This document shows positions 44,558-51,871 of a stretch of DNA of 51,871 nt, one piece after another. The stretch lies in NCBI GenBank assembly GCA_013115145.1, contig JAAPAO010000215.1:1-51871 (forward strand). The letters run 5' to 3'. The position numbers were made by a program, and so were the translations under genes. The notes under the pieces were generated by a model. The model worked only from the letters and a program-made list of their open reading frames with translations. It did not search any database and was not told the origin of the DNA. Within the stretch, counting starts at the first letter, position 1, and every line of letters begins with the position of its first letter. Origin of the DNA: Perkinsus chesapeaki ATCC PRA-425. Lineage: Eukaryota > Protista > Perkinsozoa.

Positions 44558-46272
44558 TTAGCGAGGGGGACCGTCAAGCCGCCAACCTGGAGCTTCCTCT
44601 CTATCGGCGAACTCTGGCATTTCATCATCATCCTGTGCGGCCAACTCAATGCTTGTCTCGGGGTTCCGATTGCTCCTACCAAATATGCATCTGAAAATAT
44701 ACAATGCCGGACGACGGAGCGAAGCAGCAGCTGCAGAAGTACAGTACTTCAAAAAGGAGAGGTCATAGGGCAAGTAGCCCCAGCACCACATTATAACTAA
44801 TATCTGGACGACACCGAGGGTCTAAAGGGATTCATGTGGGGATGATGAAGACAAAGGTGACGTTACATAGCCGACAACGCTAGGTAGGAAAATGACATGG
44901 TCGTTGACATAGAAACCAAACATGCCCCATAAAACATTGCCTAAAAGGGAGTAGTAAAGGGAGCTTCAAGAGGATGGCTACCTAGGACCATATTGAGAGA
45001 GATAGGCAGAGGAATGCTGTCAGCATTACGGCTGTCGAGGACTGCACCCAACCGGGCCAATGGAGAGGCGCTAAGAATGATACCCTGCAGGCACATGGCG
45101 AACCCTGAAGAAAAGGCCTCTCTCGGGAATGATGGATGATGGTGGTTGTGAGTTACCGACGATCCTTGTTGGTATTATAGACAACACTGTAAGGGTGAGA
45201 CAGGTTAAGCAGGTTGCTAGTAGGGCAGAGTACAGTGGAGGGGGGACCACTGAGGAGACTGATGCCCCGTCCAGGTCAGGCAGAGACTTTGTTGAAGCCC
45301 GCCTCTCCAAAGCTCTCGTAGGTCTGTCAAAAGCGAGTCTATACAAAAAGCAAGCTGCATCGCGTACTTGTCCTTTTCCTCGGACCGCAATGAGGCAGCT
45401 CCAGAGATCCATCTGGCCGCAGCCATCCACAGTGTCTGTGTGGTGAGACCGAAGAGATTTGTGGCCCATATCGGCGGCGAGTTCACAGAGATGCCGTAAG
45501 AGATGGATATGAGACAAAGGAATGCCTGAGGAGTACTGGGGGGAGCGGAGGGAGATCGAGGCTACCTGGCTGAGCAGGAACGGCATAGGCAGGTTCGAGG
45601 CGTCCTGGGTCTTAAACGCTCGGATTACACTGCCTATTGGGGTAATGTAACCAACAAACGATATCATAGGGCACGTGATGGAGAGGATCGCCAGCAGCTT
45701 GGTACGGGGGACAAAAATAAGGAGGACCTGGCTGCTGGGATGATAGGTTGAGAGGCGACTTAGGCTACCTCTGTCAAGATAAAGAGAGACCACACTGCAG
45801 TGATGAGGGTAGCTAAGAACATTACAGCGGACACAGAAGGCCTTCGAAGAACCCAGGCGAGCTGCGGCCGGCTTAGTGTAAGTGAATGGAACATTTAACG
45901 GTACAAATCTTACTACGACAACTCATAGGGCCAACACAAAGCAAGTGGTGTGACACCAAGAGAGATACTTCATCCGTGAGTTCATCTACCTCCTCTGCGC
46001 CACAACGTACTCCCTATCAGCCACGCCCACACCTTCAGTCGACCTAGCTAGACGGCGCTGTATGAGGGCTGATCGGGCTTCGATCTGAGGGCGGGCTCCA
46101 CACCGGCCACCGGAGGTCCTACCAGCCTGAGCTTCCTCTCCCTGGCGGATTTGTTGGCATCCCTCTGTAAGAGTTTAGTATGCTTCTGGCAGGGCCGACC
46201 GTAACGGTGGAACCAATTTTCCAAAGCTGAGAATCTCAGAACAGATGTCCTCCCCACTGCTTCCAATACCAT
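44558..46272 (-). CDS. SWEET/MtN3-like sugar transporter, multi-exon; 5' end uncertain
   Basis: Repeat 1: ITPIGSVIRAFKTQDASNLPMPF...ATNLFG. Repeat 2: SASPLARLGAVLDSRNADSIPLP...VLWGMFGFYVNDHVIFLPSVVGY-TLGVVQ. Acidic C-terminal tail. Confidence 0.8.
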
Positions 46273-47259
46273 AGTGCCTTGCTATTTACTACATTAAAGC
46301 AAGGACAAAGAGGAATACTATATACGTAACAAAGATATTATAACGCCAGTGTTCTTGAGTTTTTACTACACAATAGGAGAGACGAGATGCATTGAATATC
46401 TCTGTATCATTGAGTACCAAGCATTGAGCGCCGGATATGCCCTCTGACCGTCTGGCAATGTGACTCGTGGTAATCTTGCTCAATTCCCCTTGCGAACTAG
46501 TGAATGGAGGCGACCACACGTAACACTATACAAATGACACTGTCCAGAACCACACAATCTCAAGTAAGCAGAAGAATGCCCGGAATTGACAGAGTAGATA
46601 TAGTGATATATTAAATACTAGCAAGCCAACTAGCATTCAACAAGGTAGTACAATGGGAGCCAGCAAGGGCCTCATAGTGTACTCGGCACTTCGATTGGGT
46701 TGGTGTATATTTCCTACTCTGCGCCCTTGTGTCTAGCTACATATTGGCCTGCCGCTACTCGCTACCCATCAAAGCATCCCTATACCCCACCGATAGGCAA
46801 GAAGCCTTCCTCGCCTATCACCAGCGAGCCATCCTCATAGTAGCTCGGATTCCGCACCTCCCTGCATTTATGCGCATCTGAGGCGCACCGACTTAGCGGC
46901 CTCTGTGGGATCGTGATGAAACCACATCAGTGCCGATTCCGCTCCATATGCTTACAAACGGTGATGACGAGGAGGAGGAGGACTTGCCCATTGTGTGCGG
47001 GGACACTTGGGCGAACCACTGCTGCATCGTCTCAGGAGGATGAGGTACCCAAACTGAAACTCCTTAGTGACTGAGAGCTCTTTGAATATCCCTACCATGA
47101 GGGGTGTACCTATTTAACGCTGGAGCAGTCATCGGCCTGCTTGTTGTTGGTAAGTGATGGAATCGAAGCTCAGGAGGCATGTGTCATCGAAGTAACTGCC
47201 CCGAGTCCCATCCCCCGTACAAACGATACAGTAGGGCTTCCGAAAACCGGCACTAGTAA

Positions 47260-48159
47260 TCACTCGCCTAGATTCACTCTAGGATCCACTCGTCTGAGAT
47301 CACCAGGATCAATGTTGTCAACAGCGGTACGATGCTGAGAGGGCGGCATGTCCAAGAGAGCCGTTTGCAGTATTTGCAGAACGTCTCCATGGCTTACGAA
47401 GACAACGGCCTTGTGTCCTCCCTGAACAGCAACCGGATGCGACCATTGCTATTGCCATATAAGCTCAGGAAGATTCTTCAGGCGTCGTGTTGCTCATTTT
47501 GGTAGTATAAAAGGAGTCAAATATTGTGATATGGAGCGGTGACACTAGCCTTAAGGTTCCTTAGATAAACCCATAAGCATGTCATTAGAAATCATTGCAA
47601 ACATATCGTTAAAAATGATAGGGTACACTACCGCGCCCCATGCTCCCCGAATATGACCTTGACATGGTCCTTAACTGCAGCCATGCTCCTTGCTGCCACA
47701 CTATCCGTGGATTCTGCTCCGATCGAATCTAGACTGTCCCCATCGGCATCCTTTTCCCACATTTTCTTATAGGACCCATCGTTGGCCATGTCAAAGCTCC
47801 CGAACCACCTTTCACGAAGTCGAGTGTCATACTGGATACTCTCGGCAGGGAAGCCTACTTCCGAGGCGAAGATCTCGGCGGTCTCTTTGGCCCGCAAAAA
47901 ATCGGAGGAGACTACTGCTATCTGAGACTACACCATATCCCTGGGCTGCTACACTAGTACGGCTTACATCACTCCTTGTCGCTGCACTATGTTCCTGTAC
48001 AAATGCCTTCGCTGAGGCCCGGACCTTTTCCCGGCCCGTGTCGGTCAGACCGTATGAGCTGCACCCAATGGTCGGGTTACTTACTATCAAATGAGCGACA
48101 TTGGCTTCCGATTGGCCATGGCGGAGGAGATAAATTGAAGGTAGTGGAGAGTTCGACAT
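47260..48159 (-). CDS. Histidine phosphatase / phosphoglycerate mutase family protein, multi-exon
   Basis: IYLLRHGQSEAN, LTDTGREK, VSSDFLRAKETA, RLRERWFGSFD, VVFVSHGDVLQIL. Confidence 0.92.
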
Positions 48160-49037
48160 TAAAGGCTGTGGTAAAAATATCTACGACGCGGCAGTAGGCA
48201 AAGGTGCTATATAGAGATGCTTGGAGGTTACCCCTAATGTGGGCTATGGCCGGTGAAGCATTCGATAGCACAGCCGCGGGCAAATGGGTGTAGGAAGAAC
48301 GGAGGTGAGTTATGTCCAGCATGCGCAGTGGATGGAAGGGAAGGAATCGTTCACCCGAATGCCAGAGGTAAAGTTGAGTCGATTATCAGGGCGCGCGCAT
48401 CGCTCACCGATATCAAACCCGAATTTCTGTGCTGTTGTTTCGGTTGTGGTGTTGCTGCCAGAAGCGAACATTTAGGGAGTTGACAAGCCTTAAATGACAC
48501 TATCATGATCACGTGGTCATCGGCTTCCCTTGAACTGTGTTAATACAGGTATCGAGTGCCTCCGGGCAGGGTTCGTAATGCGCACTTGTTGACAAACCTG
48601 TCGTGGAGTAGAAGGTTGAAAGTAAACATTTAGGGCTCCGTCAGGCTTTATTGTGCTACCGCTGAAACGGGCTAACAATACAACTCTAGAAACAGTGTAC
48701 GAATGCCTTATTCGGCCGTCAGTTCTCGACAGTACCCCCCATCCTGGCAATTCCGGACTCTTTTGCATCTCTGTGTTGGGAGGTAGTTGCCAAGAATGGT
48801 ACAGTGATAATTGACAGCTTTCATTATGGCCACCTTCAACCCAGCGCTCTTGCGATGTTCCATATTGCTTTGCGTTTCCCACACAGCTGACTGTATAGTG
48901 TTATTTTCAAACCAACGATGTAGGGGCTTTAAAATGGCCGCTTGCACGCCCTAACTTGGCTGTGGTGAAGATCTGGCTTTCACCGCCGCATCTTCAGTGA
49001 GATACTCAATGAAGATATTTAGTCGTCATTGTTACTA

Positions 49038-49847
49038 ATGCCAGATGCGTCCAGTCCTTCTGAATCCCTCACTTGGGAGGAGCGCATCAATGCTACTATG
49101 TATAATCTAGACCGGAAGCTCAATTGTGCAGTGAAGAAAGGGCTCAGTGGTGAGAGTACCTTCTATGCTATAGGGGGGCTTGGAGTGGTGTTAATGGCCG
49201 CTACAGCTATTGGTGCCCTCACCTTCAGAAGGTAAGACCGGTCGATAGATTCTAGTAGCCAACAACATTGGCTCATTTAGGAAAGCCAATGAGTTTGCCC
49301 GCCTCAATCCAGCCATGTTTGCCAAGCATGAGTTATCGCAGACTCATGGGCAAATGTAAGATATCAACGCGTATCTTTTAGGATTCTTTTGAGGTCAGGT
49401 CGGCTCCCCATAGGCCTGGTCCATTTATCCCTCTGGCATCCGCTGTCCTCACCCCACGTGAGACCGTTAAGCTCTTTGTGCTTCCATTCATCGTCGTTAG
49501 TGGTGGCATATTCGCTGGATGGAAGGTAATAATTTTCGGTGAGGTATAGAGGAACGTCAGTTGCTCCCGGAGGTTCCTATGGGAGTGTACTTCCTATTCA
49601 AACTTCCCGCGTATCTCCGCATTAAGAACACATTTCTTATAGGCCAGATTACCCTTTGGCCCTCTGGTCTATCACCGACAGGATCTTGTGACCAAAAAGC
49701 CTACCATGGTTGATCAGGTAACCCAGACCTTGACAGGCATGCAGCACCCATCTGAGCTAGTTGCTACCATGCAGTGGATACAGGGGGCTGCTCCGGCGCC
49801 GGAGTGGCGGAGACAGCAGCGCGAGCCGCCAGCCGAGGAAAGCTAAT
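49038..49847 (+). CDS. Hypothetical membrane protein, multi-exon
   Basis: Open exons joined by GT-AG introns with two hydrophobic segments (FYAIGGLGVVLMAATAIGALTF; LFVLPFIVVSGGIFAGW). Inferred last exon WIQGAAPAPEW...EES*. Confidence 0.45.
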
Positions 49848-49929
49848 TTTGTGAACGTTTCTTATACCAGCTCGAGCGTTGTGTGGAGTTGCTAGGCGTG
49901 CGAAGGGAAGGTTTAGTTTTGTATTGACA

Positions 49930-51454
49930 ATGACAAAGGAAATTGAGGACTCGTACAGATCTCTGGAGCAGTATCTGTTCCCCCGACCATGTCCGGAGCT
50001 GCCGAATCATGCAGAGTTCAGGAAGGTGTATTTGATGCCTAATCGACCGGGCTGTTTTAAGGTGTCGAAGGAGACAATGGGCTTAGCTGATGATTTCGCG
50101 GAGGACCCAGTTGGGTGGATGCTTGCCAACTTTGGCGATAAAAAGGTGCCTATAACGCGCAAAGTGCTGGGTGAAGATGAATGCAAAGAAGGTAATGCAG
50201 GGAAAGAACGCTGCCCACGGTAGTACTGGTGTCGAATATGGCCGCGAGGGCTACTCCTATACAGGACTCCGCCTCACGGTCATGTGCCCTGAGCATGATA
50301 TTAGCATTGACGATTCAGAAGACGAGAAGTGTTTGGGCTTCGACGATTCGGTGAACACACTAAGATTCTCTGTCAATCACCTTACAGTGGGGTTTATATC
50401 GTCCTAGTTTTCATAAATATTAAAGACATTTTTCATACAATTTATTCACAATCACTAGTTCCTTGATGTTTCATTATTGAGGGACCTTGAAACGACCAAA
50501 ACGCGGGTTTTTCATTTAATATTTTACAGGCTTCCACCATATCTTCGCCCCGCAGATACACTGAAGCATTGGTATGAGATACTACGGCACCACGAGTGGT
50601 ACCTAAAGGATTGGAATTTTCAATCTCAATGCGAGGGCCTGGGGATCGAACCCATGCCGTATAAGTGTCCAGCCCAGTTCTCTGATGACTGGTTGAATCC
50701 CTATTGGCATAGTATAGGGGATAAAGGAGGCAAGGACTATCGGTTCATGTATTGGGGATCAAAAGGCAGTACTACGCCCAATCATTTCGATGTTATGATG
50801 AGCCACAGTTGGACTTATAACGTCTGCGGTAGAAAGCTATGGTATTTTGGGGCGCGTGAAGGTGACAAAGAGCTCCATTTAGAGTTCGAGCAGGGCCCTG
50901 GTGAATTTGTTTTCGTTCCTAGTGGATGGTCTCATAGCGTTGTTAACCTCGACGAGGACACTATATCGGTGAACCATAATTGGTTCTGTGGTCCCAACAT
51001 TGATAGAGTTTATGGGGCGTTCCAAACTGATGTGAAGGAAGTGCTTAGAAATCTGGATGGATTTGGAGTTGTACGGGAGCCTGACCCGCAGTGGTACGAC
51101 GAGCATGTCCAGCTTATTCTTAAGGGCAATGACAGTATGGACATACCTATGCTGGCAGACTGTATATTAATGGGAGTTGAGAAATTGCAAGATGAAGCAA
51201 GTGATAGTAGTGATTGGATACCCTACTCTATATCGCAGGTACTAGGGGATAGGCTGGTGGCATTGGTGCTCTATAGGGCTAGCTGGTGGAGATCTCCAAG
51301 TGTTTTGTTTCAGGCTAGAGGAGTTCTTGTTGATATACTGAGTAAATACAGATCAGTGTTGAAGGATGATGTTATAGAGGAGATAGAAGCCCTTGTTAAA
51401 GGTGATGTTACTGCTAATCAAAGTTCCTATGTGAGACCTAATAACACTTTGTGA
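49930..51454 (+). CDS. JMJD4: JmjC-domain 2-oxoglutarate/Fe(II) oxygenase, JMJD4-like
   Basis: YLKDWNF, FSDDWLN, DYRFMYWGSKGSTTPNHFDVMMSHSWTYNVCGRKLW, QGPGEFVFVPSGWSHSVVNLDEDTISVNHNW; HxD...H iron ligands intact. Confidence 0.88.
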
Positions 51455-51490
51455 TCACTCACTTGCTCATTTGAGTTCGATGGTTGCTTT

Positions 51491-51826
51491 ATGATGTCAC
51501 AGTTGTTTGTGTGCTGTATGTCCCCTTGCGTGAAGCTGTCCCCATGCACCTATCTCCTGCTAGGCTTGTGCTATGGTGTTGTATTGGTGGCGATTATTTG
51601 CTGCTTAATATCAGTATATAGCATGGATGCTCAGCCTTACTGGGTCATCGTTCTCATATCAGTGGGAGGCTTTTGGCTTGTCCTTGGGGTTGCCTTCAAA
51701 TTTGTCTTTTCTGTACGGGATGATCGGGTTCGTCGGAGAATTGGCGATATGGATGACAAGCGGAACGAGGACCTCGGTGTTACCAGAGACCTCACTAATG
51801 TTAAGATGTTCCGTTCATTCTCTTGA
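51491..51826 (+). CDS. Small two-TM hypothetical protein with N-terminal Cys cluster
   Basis: 111-aa ORF with two long hydrophobic segments and a charged C-terminus, starting 36 nt after the JMJD4-like stop. Confidence 0.55.
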   Translation: MMSQLFVCCMSPCVKLSPCTYLLLGLCYGVVLVAIICCLISVYSMDAQPYWVIVLISVGGFWLVLGVAFKFVFSVRDDRVRRRIGDMDDKRNEDLGVTRDLTNVKMFRSFS

Positions 51827-51871
51827 CGCAACTCGTTGATGGATGCAGGCATAATGAATGAGTGAGTAGGC

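Noticed and set aside
46620-47340. Scattered plus-strand open frames between the SWEET-like and phosphatase genes
   Set aside because: Could not be joined into one frame; partly antisense to the phosphatase.
48200-48950. Several 60-120 aa ORFs on both strands
   Set aside because: No motif, and neither strand nor exon structure could be resolved.

Overview
This is eukaryotic, intron-rich DNA with short GT-AG introns (mostly about 40-60 nt) and very short intergenic spacers. Gene content (ApiAP2-like factor, FHA-RINGv-FHA protein, DM10/EF-hand axonemal protein, intronless secreted subtilisins and a pepsin-like protease) points to an alveolate, most likely Perkinsus; that is an inference, not a database result. 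I spliced gene models by eye, so termini are approximate. Order: tRNA-Gln(TTG) with a 14-nt D-arm insertion; a minus-strand block (F-box protein, NEK kinase, AP2 protein, MRE11, kinesin-3); an FHA-RINGv-FHA E3 ligase; a minus block (subtilisin A, mitochondrial carrier, WRKY19-like zinc finger, hypothetical); a plus block (seven tandem LITAF-domain genes, EFHC/Rib72, aspartic protease, ubiquitin-like gene); a minus block (subtilisin B, ILVBL-like, SWEET-like, histidine phosphatase); and a plus block (membrane hypothetical, JMJD4-like, small membrane protein). The best candidate for an undescribed system is the seven-gene LITAF array, whose members share one intron position and have diversified tails. 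Next are the duplicating 33.4-40.9 kb protease/ubiquitin-like locus, subtilisin paralogs that differ mainly at specificity-pocket segments, and the hairpin-inserted tRNA-Gln. No rRNA, CRISPR array or transposase/reverse-transcriptase gene was recognised.
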